In this document: in pieces, positions 18,300 through 29,155 of the stretch
Numbering within the stretch: the stretch's first letter is position 1
Layout: each line of letters begins with the position of its first letter
Assembly: GCA_965656375.1 (NCBI GenBank)
Contig: CBFHKH010000001.1
Coordinates: 345,319 to 409,318, forward strand
DNA: 64,000 bases
Direction: 5' to 3'
Source: Minisyncoccia bacterium
GTDB taxonomy: Bacteria; Patescibacteriota; Minisyncoccia; Phycocordibacterales; UBA9973
Translations under genes and position numbers: made by a program
Notes under the pieces: model-generated
What the model saw: the letters and a program-made list of their open reading frames with translations, nothing else
The model's database searches: none
What the model was told of the DNA's origin: nothing

Positions 18300-20381
18300 T
18301 TAACTCTGTGAACAAGAATTATTTATTTGTGCACGAGTGAGCGGACCAACTACTCCATCTTGAGAGAGACCAAAATATTTTTGCATTACCTTTATCGCTT
18401 GATCAGTTCCACGACCAAATATTCCATCGAGAGCACCTACTTGGAATCCAAGTCTCGTCGCATGAGTTTGCAAGCGCTTCACTTGAGTCACAATTCCCTT
18501 TGTAAAAGCATTATATTTACCGTCTCTTGATCCGATCTTGAGATTTTGTGATAGACGCATGGATTCCCCGCATTCTATAGCTGTAGGAGCAGTAACTGTA
18601 ATAAGTGTAGGAGTTACTGTAGGATTTGGAGCAATTGTTGTTTCACTTTTAGTGCGACAAAATGTAGTTATCGTATCAGTACAGTAGATCACACTTGGAG
18701 AGGAAGCTTTTTGATCATTATCAACAATCGAGACTGTTACGGTACTTGTAAGATTATTGTAGTTTGGATCTGAACTTGAATCAGTAATAGAGAGCGTATC
18801 GGAGTGACCACTTTCATAGTTACTATCATCAATAGCGGTCACTGTCACAACCTGCGGAATATTCCAGTTGAGTGAAGTGAACGTAAGACTCGTCGGACTT
18901 GGAGTGATCTGCGAGCCTGAAAGAGAAACAGTAACAGTACTTGTTGGTTTGGATTTGAGAGAAATACTAAACGTATCTGTTGCTCCACCTTCAAATACAG
19001 TGAGAGAAGTTTTGGTAATTCTATTGCCAAGCACTGGTTGCATAAAATGAAGAAATACGCGTCCATGCTGATTACCGACAGGTATCGTAGCAGAATCAGT
19101 ACTTGCTCCGACACCAATATCTATCGCGCCATCATTATTAAGATCACCAAGCGAAAAGACCGTATTCCCATATCGAGCACCTGAAGGACCTGCGGTAAGA
19201 TCAGTCGGGCCATTCGGTGTTGCGCTATTTATTCGGACAGTAGATTTGAGAGAACCATCGCGGTTCATGAAGTGAATGTAGAATGCGCCAAGATTTAAAC
19301 CTGAGCTATCATCAAAAAATGATCCTACTCCTATATCTGGTATGGCATCCCCATCAATATCGGCAAGATTTGCAATTGTTACCCCATAAAAATCGCTATT
19401 GCTGAGCGTTGGTCCATTTGCAGTTGTTCCATCTATTTTTTTTGTGGATTTAATAGTGCCATCACGATTCATGAAATGAATATAGACAGCACCGCGATCG
19501 GTACCAACACTATGATCACTGATAGCTCCGACACCAATATCTTGAATGCCATCCCCATCAATATCTCCAACAACTCCTACTCCGGAACCATACGAATCAG
19601 AATCAGCGAGTGTTGCGCCGTTTGCCGTTGCTCCAGTTAATTTAACTGTGGACTTTATGGAACCATCCCGATTCATGAAATGAATGTAGGCAGCGCCGCG
19701 ATTTGTACCTCCGGTATCGTCACCATCTGCTCCGATCAAAATATCTGGTATCCCGTCTCCATCCAAATCTCCAATTCCAGAAACGGAATATGCATATACA
19801 TCAGAATCAGCGAGTGTTGCGCCGTTTGCCGTTGCTCCAGTTAATTTAACTGTGGACTTTATGGAACCATCCCGATTCATGAAATGAATGTAGGCAGCGC
19901 CGCGGTCTATACCGCCTGTATCATCCTGCTTTGCTCCTACGAGAATATCAGGTATTCCATCATTGTCGAGGTCGCCTATACCAGAAGAAGCGTATCCATA
20001 AAAATCATTTGCTAGTAGTGTCGGACCATTGGCAGTACCGTTAGCAATTTTAACTGAGGATTTCAATGTCCCATCAGAATTTAAATACGTAATGTGCACT
20101 GCTCCTGCTCTGTTTGCCCCCGTATCATCTCCATATGCACCGATAAGGATATCAGAAACTCCGTCAGCATCAAGATCACCGATTACGTTTCCACTTGCCC
20201 CATAGAAATCATTAGGTAATAAGGTCGGGCCACCTGTCATACCATTTGCGATAGGCGAAGTCGATTTAACACCTCCCAGTGTCTCAGCGAAAGCGATAGA
20301 ATTAAAAGAAGTAATTAAAATAATAGCTATGATAATAGTTTTACTCAAATAAAATTTTTTAGATGTATATGTGCTCTTCAT
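18300..20381 (-). CDS. secreted FG-GAP/integrin-alpha repeat protein with Calx-beta-like and peptidoglycan-binding domains
   Basis: Signal peptide; six approx. 68-aa GDLDGDGIPDILVGA repeats; EGGATDTF..LTFT..NWN.PQ.VTV.A.DD; C-terminal DGIFG..T..A...Q...GL..DGVVGPLT. Confidence 0.85.
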   Translation of the reverse strand: MKSTYTSKKFYLSKTIIIAIILITSFNSIAFAETLGGVKSTSPIANGMTGGPTLLPNDFYGASGNVIGDLDADGVSDILIGAYGDDTGANRAGAVHITYLNSDGTLKSSVKIANGTANGPTLLANDFYGYASSGIGDLDNDGIPDILVGAKQDDTGGIDRGAAYIHFMNRDGSIKSTVKLTGATANGATLADSDVYAYSVSGIGDLDGDGIPDILIGADGDDTGGTNRGAAYIHFMNRDGSIKSTVKLTGATANGATLADSDSYGSGVGVVGDIDGDGIQDIGVGAISDHSVGTDRGAVYIHFMNRDGTIKSTKKIDGTTANGPTLSNSDFYGVTIANLADIDGDAIPDIGVGSFFDDSSGLNLGAFYIHFMNRDGSLKSTVRINSATPNGPTDLTAGPSGARYGNTVFSLGDLNNDGAIDIGVGASTDSATIPVGNQHGRVFLHFMQPVLGNRITKTSLTVFEGGATDTFSISLKSKPTSTVTVSLSGSQITPSPTSLTFTSLNWNIPQVVTVTAIDDSNYESGHSDTLSITDSSSDPNYNNLTSTVTVSIVDNDQKASSPSVIYCTDTITTFCRTKSETTIAPNPTVTPTLITVTAPTAIECGESMRLSQNLKIGSRDGKYNAFTKGIVTQVKRLQTHATRLGFQVGALDGIFGRGTDQAIKVMQKYFGLSQDGVVGPLTRAQINNSCSQS
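19596..19904. repeat. 105-bp identical direct repeat (19596-19700 and 19800-19904) inside the FG-GAP gene
   Basis: Identical DNA at 204-bp (68-codon) offset. Confidence 0.9.
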
Positions 20382-20465
20382 ACTATATATGATATCAAAT
20401 GCATATTTTGTTCACAACATAAAATGAAAAACACCCTGCTTTGGACAAGGCGTCTTTCATATAAT

Positions 20466-20872
20466 GATTTGTACCTATAAGCCGAATTCTGTACTCCGAC
20501 GCAAGGTCGGAGCGATAGATATTTATCTAGGCTTCTCGTTACCAAGAGGCTCAAGCGACTCTCCCCGACTATAACGTCGGGGCACGGTCTTGCACACACG
20601 TAAGGATTTAGCTCCGACGCCCTTTCGGGGTCGGAGAGCCGACAGAATCGTCGGCTCCGTTTCACCTAAAGAGTTACCTCAATAGCTTATCCCATGGGGA
20701 TATCCTACCCTTTCGGGATTAGACGTCTCTGCTCGCACCTCTACCGTTGCCGGCGACGGGCGTTACCCGCTACGGACCCACTGACCATGCCTGCGCAGGC
20801 AGGTTGCTCAGTGATATGTGTTCGGACTTTCCTCACTCAAGTTACCTCGAGCGCATCTATCCAATACAAACC
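20466..20872 (-). ncRNA. rnpB: RNase P RNA
   Basis: Minus strand GAGGAAAGTCCG near the 5' end and ACAGAATTCGGCTTA near the 3' end; terminal P1 pairing. Confidence 0.93.
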
Positions 20873-20900
20873 GAACTGAGTATATCAGACAATGTTCTTC

Positions 20901-20929
20901 TTGACAATTGCATTTTATTTTGCTATACT
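20901..20929 (+). promoter_or_regulatory. sigma70 promoter divergent from rnpB
   Basis: TTGACA-N17-TATACT with extended TG. Confidence 0.7.
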
Positions 20930-20934
20930 CTTTA

Positions 20935-21165
20935 TGTGAGTAACGAATTCCAGTAATAAAATATTATTTATTACACAATTGCCTATCAAAACCCCCGAGC
21001 AATCGGGGGTTTTGTGTTTTTCGAGATGTAGTATATACTTATTCCATAGCAGTCGTTGTGTGTTCCAGTCAGCGGCTGCACTCACATAGGCAATTGTGTT
21101 GGAGTTTAGCACCCGCTGACTTGAGCACATAAGTAAAAATCCTTGAATAATTCAAGGATTTTTAT
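20935..21165 (+). ncRNA. putative structured small RNA(s)
   Basis: No credible ORF; promoter, two terminator-like hairpins and extensive internal complementarity. Confidence 0.4.
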
Positions 21166-21167
21166 AA

Positions 21168-21776
21168 TTACTTTTTGAAGCGAATTGCTGGCTCATTGTA
21201 ATAAAACAATCGGGATAAATAATTCCACTCAATTGAAACTTCCTTTTTATAATCTAAAGATAGATATGCAACCATTAAATCGTCAGAACATTTTTTTACT
21301 GATTTCCATAAATACACACGATTATCAGTACCAAATGCATTGGCAAAGAATTTTCCACCTTTAAATTGAATAGCTACTCCATCGGATAAACCCATACATA
21401 GTTTAATTTCCCCTGTATCAACCAGATGTGTATAAATATCCTTTCCTAGAACTGTGAGCCTAGGTTTCTGATCTTCGTGACGCCAAAGTTCTGTTTCACC
21501 GAGATCATACTCCACTGGACCATTTTCAAACTCTAGTTCAGGATTAAACCTCTTATCTATACCCTTTGGAACATCTTTTAGGTTAATAGTAAAATCAAAA
21601 AGCCCTATTACTTTTTGAAAACCCCAACGATTTACATTCTCTAAATCTGCATCCAGCAAATCAGAAAATAGACCTGTGGTAAAAAGAAGATTGAATTTTT
21701 CCAGACTAGTTTTTTTCTGGTTAATTAAATTTAGCAACTGTAGTGCCTGGCCTAATGACGGTTTAGTATTGCTCAT
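21168..21776 (-). CDS. hypothetical protein
   Basis: 202-aa ORF, no recognised motif. Confidence 0.7.
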   Translation of the reverse strand: MSNTKPSLGQALQLLNLINQKKTSLEKFNLLFTTGLFSDLLDADLENVNRWGFQKVIGLFDFTINLKDVPKGIDKRFNPELEFENGPVEYDLGETELWRHEDQKPRLTVLGKDIYTHLVDTGEIKLCMGLSDGVAIQFKGGKFFANAFGTDNRVYLWKSVKKCSDDLMVAYLSLDYKKEVSIEWNYLSRLFYYNEPAIRFKK

Positions 21777-22183
21777 AATCTTAAATTATTAAGCGCTATT
21801 CCTTGCGGATAGCATACTGCTTTCTCCTCTCTTCAAAATGAAGTGGTTTGCCACAGTTTTCAATTCTCAATCTAGTCAAAGACCTGAAAACTGTGGCAAA
21901 CTTCTACAGATAAGGAATTTAAATTGAGATTACCACAAAAAATATGTTATGTCAAAAAACAAAAACACCCTTTCGGGTGTTTTTTGTCTTGTAATAAAAT
22001 AGGTTGCAATATAATGAAGAGTTAAAATAAAATATCTTTTCTTTTGTTCCGTTCTAGGGGTCTTTCCCTCCTTGTCAGATTTCTTTTAGGACAAAAATCA
22101 TTGTCCATTGTGTAGTCAATTGAGCTACACAATATCGACGCCGTAAATTTTATATTTCCGAAGAAGATATAAAACTGATTCAA

Positions 22184-23724
<1,541 letters not shown>

Positions 23725-23956
23725 ATAGAACGGAACAAAAGAAAAAACATTTATTCCTTGCCTGCATTTTTACATGCAGACTAACTGGTGCCTCACAGTT
23801 GCACCTGGAGGACTTTCTTCACCAAACCGATTGTGATTAGCATTGGTTTGGCTAGCCTGTTTCTATAGATACTATAGTCACAGGACTTACTATGATTGCA
23901 TACCTATTCTCTTATCAAAGAAATACAGCCCAATAAGTTACCGGACTGTGGGTTCT

Positions 23957-23984
23957 ATTATATACATATCCGAAAAGAAGTCAA
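23957..23984 (-). promoter_or_regulatory. probable 16S rRNA promoter
   Basis: TTGACT-N16-TATAAT on the minus strand about 230 bp upstream of rrs. Confidence 0.55.
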
Positions 23985-24097
23985 GCTTTGGTAGCCTTTA
24001 GCTCTTAGCCCATAGCGCCTAGCAAAATAAGGCTGTTTTGCCATTTACAAAAGGCATAATATTTGCAATAATGACAGGGTTCAAAAGTCCACTGTTT

Positions 24098-24170
24098 GCC
24101 CTGTTAGCTCAGCTGGTAGAGCAGCTCCCTCTTAAGGAGATGGTCGGGGGTTCGATTCCCTCACGGGGCA
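24098..24170 (+). tRNA. tRNA-Lys (CTT)
   Basis: GCCCTGT/ACGGGGC acceptor, loop CTCTTAA, GGTTCGATTCC. Confidence 0.96.
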
Positions 24171-24200
24171 CAATAAAAAAATCCTCAATTGAGGATTTTT

Positions 24201-25172
24201 TTATTTCTTTTTCAATAACTTCGACAAACTTTTCATAAACGCCTTGATCGAAGCATCATCATAAAGTGATAGCGTAAGTACTGGCTTACCAAGCTTTTCG
24301 AATTCTTTTATTTTTTTATCTATAGTCTTTTGATCAGTCACATCAGTCTTCGTGAGAACAATTACTTCTTTCTTTTCTAGCATTGATTTGTCATACGCAC
24401 CGAGCTCTTTACGGATTTGTTTATAGACTTTCATCATGTCTTTGTCATTCTCAAATGACACGAGATGTGCGAGCATTTCTGTACGCTTTGTGTGTTTTAA
24501 AAATTTGATACCGAGACCCTTTCCTTCTGATGCTCCTTCGATGAGACCTGGAATATCTGCAATAATCTTGCCATAAAAATCTCCAAGATTCGGATCAAGA
24601 GTCGTGAATTGATATGATCCAATCTTTGCTTGAGCATTGGTCACCGCATTCAAAAGTGAAGACTTCCCTGCATTTGGGAGGCCGATAAGTCCGATATCAG
24701 CAAAAAGTTCGAGCTCAATTTTAAAGTGACCTTGCTCGCCAGGCTTTCCTTTTGTAGCCTTGGTTGGAGTCGTATTAATAGAAGTTTTAAACTGCTCATT
24801 TCCCCAACCACCCAAACCACCTTTGAGAAGCAATTCTTTTTGCCCTGGTGTATCAAGCGAGACTGAAGCATCATTTTCTATATTTGTAATTATAGAACCG
24901 ACTGGAAGCTGTATGATAAGATCTTTACCATCTTTACCATGCTTACTGCCTCCCATTCCAGGCTCACCAGGTGATGATTTGAATTCCTTCTGATGTTTGT
25001 ATTTTGAAAGTAAGTTAATATCAGAGACTGCAACTGCAAAAATACTGCCACCTCGGCCGCCATCGCCACCGTTCGGACCACCTTTGTCTATGAATTTCTC
25101 ACGGCGCCAACGAACAACCCCGTCTCCCCCGCGGCCAGCCTGTGCATGAATTGTAATTTCATCTATAAACAT
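24201..25172 (-). CDS. obgE: GTPase ObgE
   Basis: MFIDE...GGDGGRGG, GLPNAGKSS, FTTLDPNLG, DIPGLIEGA, TKTD. Confidence 0.96.
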   Translation of the reverse strand: MFIDEITIHAQAGRGGDGVVRWRREKFIDKGGPNGGDGGRGGSIFAVAVSDINLLSKYKHQKEFKSSPGEPGMGGSKHGKDGKDLIIQLPVGSIITNIENDASVSLDTPGQKELLLKGGLGGWGNEQFKTSINTTPTKATKGKPGEQGHFKIELELFADIGLIGLPNAGKSSLLNAVTNAQAKIGSYQFTTLDPNLGDFYGKIIADIPGLIEGASEGKGLGIKFLKHTKRTEMLAHLVSFENDKDMMKVYKQIRKELGAYDKSMLEKKEVIVLTKTDVTDQKTIDKKIKEFEKLGKPVLTLSLYDDASIKAFMKSLSKLLKKK

Positions 25173-25188
25173 TGGGTAGCAATTAGCT

Positions 25189-25551
25189 TTAGCCATTAGC
25201 TTCTAGCTTTTTAATAAAAGAATTTAACATCTTCATTACTTCGTTAAGTTCACTTATAAGTTCTTTATAGCGTATTTCATTTAAATAACCTAATCGAAAA
25301 GATATTTCAAGATGAGTCTCAAGTTCTCCACCAGATGCAAAAGCAATGAGAAGAAAGCGTCTAAACTCAATATCTCCTCCTCTCAATTTACCTTCTGCGA
25401 TGTTCGCTGGCAAAGATACTACTGCACTTCTTATTTGAGAAGTGAGACCGTAGATTTCATCTTGTGGAAATGTTTTTGTTGCATTGTAGATATGAGTAAC
25501 TAGCTCGATTGATTTCTCCCATATTTGTAATTTTCTATAGTCACCAATCAT
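25189..25551 (-). CDS. four-helix-bundle protein (23S rRNA IVP/Avd-like family)
   Basis: YRKLQIWEKS...FPQDEIYGLTSQIR.A.VS..ANIAEG...FL.IA..S..ELET. Confidence 0.9.
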   Translation of the reverse strand: MIGDYRKLQIWEKSIELVTHIYNATKTFPQDEIYGLTSQIRSAVVSLPANIAEGKLRGGDIEFRRFLLIAFASGGELETHLEISFRLGYLNEIRYKELISELNEVMKMLNSFIKKLEANG

Positions 25552-25566
25552 GCTAGTTGCTAATAG

Positions 25567-26454
25567 CTAACTGCTAAGGGCTATGTTCGCAAGAGCGATT
25601 GCTCCTTCTTTTGATTTCGCAACTGCGAGGAATCGTCCATTGTGACAAAATGTCGCATCGGGTACTCCACTTGCATGGGCCATTGCTTCACCTGAAAGTC
25701 CTGCCCAGGCGACTGGAAGTGATTTTCTATTCTCAAATGAATTCTTTTCTTTGCGCACACATCCTAGACGCCACAATCCTGCTCTCTCCCATACTACATA
25801 GAGCGGCTCAGGATAGCTCATGAGGATATCATCCCATGGATAATTACCTTCGATGATGACAAGCCTTTTGTCTTTTGCTTGTTCGTAATCTTTTCGTACA
25901 AATGCTTCTGCTTCGAGCGACGCTTTACTCTTCTCTATCTTTCTCATCAAAAATTTCTTTGCGAATCGAACAACCTCCATAAATGGTGTGTCATACTCTT
26001 CTTCCTCATTCCAACTCGGACGAAATGCGCCAAACACGCTCTCAATAAGATACGGCCCCACTGGGCCTTCAACTTTAAATGTAGAGATGCCGTTATCATG
26101 TGAATCGATAGCTTGAACCAAATGCTCATCAATCCGCTCTGCTACTTCTTTTGAGCCGCATAATTTTTCTCCATATGTCTTCCATACTAATCCGAATGCT
26201 GCATATGGGACGCCATTTGGTCGCACGCCTGCACCGCCTTTTTGATGATGGTCAAATCTATTGAGAGCAGGGTCATATATTCCCCCGACATCATACACGT
26301 AATCTCCTTTCTTAAACATCTCTTCATCTCGAGTGCGAACGACTTTGATATTACCATCAAGTAATATGGAAAGAGTTGCCGTCGCAAAGATATCGTCGGC
26401 ATGAAACGTCGCATTATGAGTAACAAGTAATTTCTTTTTTTTGAATAGTGACAT
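25567..26454 (-). CDS. MYG1 (UPF0160) family exonuclease
   Basis: THNATFHADD, DVGG.YD...RFDHHQ, ATFCH.GRF; start reassigned to MSLFKK. Confidence 0.9.
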   Translation of the reverse strand: MSLFKKKKLLVTHNATFHADDIFATATLSILLDGNIKVVRTRDEEMFKKGDYVYDVGGIYDPALNRFDHHQKGGAGVRPNGVPYAAFGLVWKTYGEKLCGSKEVAERIDEHLVQAIDSHDNGISTFKVEGPVGPYLIESVFGAFRPSWNEEEEYDTPFMEVVRFAKKFLMRKIEKSKASLEAEAFVRKDYEQAKDKRLVIIEGNYPWDDILMSYPEPLYVVWERAGLWRLGCVRKEKNSFENRKSLPVAWAGLSGEAMAHASGVPDATFCHNGRFLAVAKSKEGAIALANIALSS

Positions 26455-26455
26455 A

Positions 26456-27070
26456 TTATTTCTCTGATTCTTCTGCTTTAATATTCTGCCATAGTTCAAT
26501 TATAAACGCTATTATTTTCTCAAGGATAAAGAATCCAATGAAAAAGATGAGGAGAATGCCTAAAAACTTGCGAACATCACGACTAATTGACAGCGCTGCA
26601 AAACTAAAAAAGTACCCTACTGAAAGCATGATGACTGACCACACAAGGAGTGAGAGCGCTTCAGCTCGGGCGAATGTCCGAATCTTGATCTTCTGATATC
26701 CGGTATAAATAAGCCCAAACCAATGTATTCCAAGTATCAGAAACCGTGAAAGGAAGATAGACCAAAATGGGCGTTTATGAAAATTTGGTAAAAAATAACT
26801 CACTCTATGTTGTGCCTGATGGACAAGTTTTTTGTTTGAGTGTTTATTCTGAAGGTAGTACCCAAAACTATACCCGAGTACTGACTTCAGGCTTCCTCCG
26901 AAGATCGTCGCCACAAACGCATAAAAAATATTGATCGATCCAAGATGCGCAAAGATACCAGCAATAACTACAACGATCTCTCCTTCTAAGATCACGCCGA
27001 TGATAATAAGAGCGTAGGCGATCTCGGCATGAAGTTCGGCAAAATGCCGTATGTAGTTAAGGGTGAGCAT
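26456..27070 (-). CDS. DedA family membrane protein
   Basis: LEGEIVV..AG, IFLSRF..G, multiple TM segments. Confidence 0.8.
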   Translation of the reverse strand: MLTLNYIRHFAELHAEIAYALIIIGVILEGEIVVVIAGIFAHLGSINIFYAFVATIFGGSLKSVLGYSFGYYLQNKHSNKKLVHQAQHRVSYFLPNFHKRPFWSIFLSRFLILGIHWFGLIYTGYQKIKIRTFARAEALSLLVWSVIMLSVGYFFSFAALSISRDVRKFLGILLIFFIGFFILEKIIAFIIELWQNIKAEESEK

Positions 27071-27072
27071 AG

Positions 27073-27417
27073 TTAACGATCAAAGTGGAAAATCTTTGAG
27101 ATGATCCAATTTAGCACTGATACAAGTAACGCACCGATGAATGCCGCAGTAAATGTCGTAACAGAAAATCCTCGAATGATCGTACCGAGATACCAGAATA
27201 GTAGACCATTAATTATGAGAGAGAATATTCCGAGTGTAAGAATGTTAAGTGGGAGTGTGAGGATGTTGATCACAGGCTTCAAAAACATATTAAAAAGAGT
27301 GAGGCACGCTCCGATGATAAGTGCAACCCACACAGGATCCACCGTCACACCAGAAACAATCTGTGTTGTGAGCCACACTGCACCAGAGAGTATAATCCAA
27401 TGTAAAATAATTCTCAT
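27073..27417 (-). CDS. 4-TM phage holin family (YvlD-like) membrane protein
   Basis: N..LKPV..ILTLPLNILTLG.F..IING...GF.V..F..AF.GAL. Confidence 0.85.
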   Translation of the reverse strand: MRIILHWIILSGAVWLTTQIVSGVTVDPVWVALIIGACLTLFNMFLKPVINILTLPLNILTLGIFSLIINGLLFWYLGTIIRGFSVTTFTAAFIGALLVSVLNWIISKIFHFDR

Positions 27418-27427
27418 AAAATTTAAA

Positions 27428-27880
27428 TTAAAATAATGAATCAACAACTTCTTTGACGACCATACCATCTGCTTTGCCTTTCAAGTCTTTCATAAGAGCG
27501 GACATGAGCATGCCTTTCTTTGATGGATCAGTAATGCCAAGCTCGCTTTGCTTTGCTTTCGCAATAATCTCAACTTCACTTTTATCCATAAGCTTCGGCA
27601 AGTATGCTTCAAGCACAGCAAGCTGTGGTGCCTCTTCCGCTACGAGATCCATACGCCCACCTTTTGTAAACTGCTCTATAGAATCTTTGCGCTGTTTTGC
27701 ACTTCGAGTTATGACAGCAAGTGCTTGCTCATCAGAGAGAAAATCTTGTGGTGTTTTACCAGTAGCGACGAGTTCATTTGTAAATGCTGTAACAAGTCCA
27801 CGCATAACTTCAAGTCGTACAGTGTCTTTTGCCATCATTGCCTTTTTTATTTCCCCTTTTATTTCTTCGTGTAATGACAT
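27428..27880 (-). CDS. GatB/YqeY domain protein
   Basis: IKKAMMAKD, KQRKDSIEQF..GGR.DL..E....L..YLP, G.LM....LKGKADG. Confidence 0.92.
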   Translation of the reverse strand: MSLHEEIKGEIKKAMMAKDTVRLEVMRGLVTAFTNELVATGKTPQDFLSDEQALAVITRSAKQRKDSIEQFTKGGRMDLVAEEAPQLAVLEAYLPKLMDKSEVEIIAKAKQSELGITDPSKKGMLMSALMKDLKGKADGMVVKEVVDSLF

Positions 27881-27933
27881 ATCTTATATTCTATCAAATC
27901 TCAATCTAGATGTAAAAAGACTAATTCTTGCTA

Positions 27934-28073
27934 TCAAAATAACTTCTCTCAAAAAGCACATATAATTCCGTGCTCGGAATTTGCTCTTCTCGTCGCTCAA
28001 GGAAATAATAGTCTGAGTACATACTTTATTTCCTAAGCTCCTGCGAAAGACTTTTTGAGAGAAGCTATTTTGA
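27934..28073. repeat. REPIN/MITE-like palindromic intergenic element
   Basis: 23-bp imperfect terminal inverted repeats enclosing nested hairpins. Confidence 0.6.
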
Positions 28074-28100
28074 ACGCAGTATATATGTTAAAATAACTTT

Positions 28101-28826
28101 ATGAAAAAAATTATCTTCCTCGATACTGAAACCACAGGAACAGAATCTACCGACGTACTTTGTCAGCTTGCATATAAAAGTGGAAACGAACTATTTTGCG
28201 AGTTATTCAAGCCAAATAAAAAGATCTCTATCGAGGCGAGCTCTGTCACCCATATCTCGAATAAAATGGTCGCAGATAAACCAAGCTTCAAAGAAAGCCC
28301 TGACTACACAAAAATAAAAGCTATGCTTGAGGATGAAAATTCCATTATGGTTGCTCACAATGCCAAGTTTGATCTTGGTATGCTCGAACACGAAGATGTA
28401 GTACCATTCAATCACATTTGTACTCTTCGAGTTGCTCGATATTTAGATAAAGAGCACAAGATTCCACAGCACAAGCTTCAGTATCTCCGATATTATCTCG
28501 AGATTGAAATAGAAGCACAAGCGCACGATGCCCTCGGTGATGTATTAGTACTTGAGAAACTCTTTGAACGAATGCTTGCAGCGATTAAAAAAGAGAATGA
28601 TGATTGTACTGATGAAGAAGCGTTCGCAATTATGATAGATATATCGAGTAAACCTTCACTTATGTATTCGTTCTCGTTCGGTAAATATAAAGACAAGACA
28701 ATCCAAGAAGTCCTCACTCTTGATCGTGGATACCTCGAATGGTTCCTCAGCACCAAAGAAAAAGACAATCCCTTAGATGAAGACTGGATTTATACCCTTA
28801 AATATTATTTAGGAAAAATAAAATAA
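28101..28826 (+). CDS. DEDDh 3'-5' exonuclease (ExoX/DnaQ-like)
   Basis: LDTETTG, AHNAKFD, ICTL, AHDALGDV; C-terminal FGKYK...YLEW. Confidence 0.88.
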   Translation: MKKIIFLDTETTGTESTDVLCQLAYKSGNELFCELFKPNKKISIEASSVTHISNKMVADKPSFKESPDYTKIKAMLEDENSIMVAHNAKFDLGMLEHEDVVPFNHICTLRVARYLDKEHKIPQHKLQYLRYYLEIEIEAQAHDALGDVLVLEKLFERMLAAIKKENDDCTDEEAFAIMIDISSKPSLMYSFSFGKYKDKTIQEVLTLDRGYLEWFLSTKEKDNPLDEDWIYTLKYYLGKIK

Positions 28827-28876
28827 AAAACATTCTTACAGAGAATGTTTTTTGGTTTTAAAATTTAATTTTACAG

Positions 28877-29023
28877 TTAGTCTTTCAGTTTGAGAGCAAT
28901 AAGTGCAGAAATCGTCGCCCCAGCAAACAATGAAGAAGCGGGATAACTTTTAGTAAGATTAAAAACAGCAGCGCCAACGCAAAGACCTGCTAGGATTATA
29001 GAATACGCCCTTTTGTTTGACAT
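28877..29023 (-). CDS. 48-aa two-TM small protein
   Basis: MSNKRAYSIILAGLCVGAAVFNLTKSYPASSLFAGATISALIALKLKD; upstream TTGACA box and downstream hairpin. Confidence 0.45.
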   Translation of the reverse strand: MSNKRAYSIILAGLCVGAAVFNLTKSYPASSLFAGATISALIALKLKD

Positions 29024-29155
29024 ACAATAATTTTTATTCAGCTTTTCTCAAAGCCTACATTAACAATTTAAAGTCCATTTATTATTTTTAAATTATCACA
29101 TAAGCTAAATTTTGTCAATAAGAAGAAATTAGTATGAACCTGCTAAAATAGCTAT

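Noticed and set aside
20378-20956. Short ORFs across 20378-20956
   Set aside because: They overlap the RNase P RNA gene
27073-27417. Holin-family gene as a prophage marker
   Set aside because: Sits in a housekeeping run (yqeY, dedA, myg1, obgE) with no phage genes
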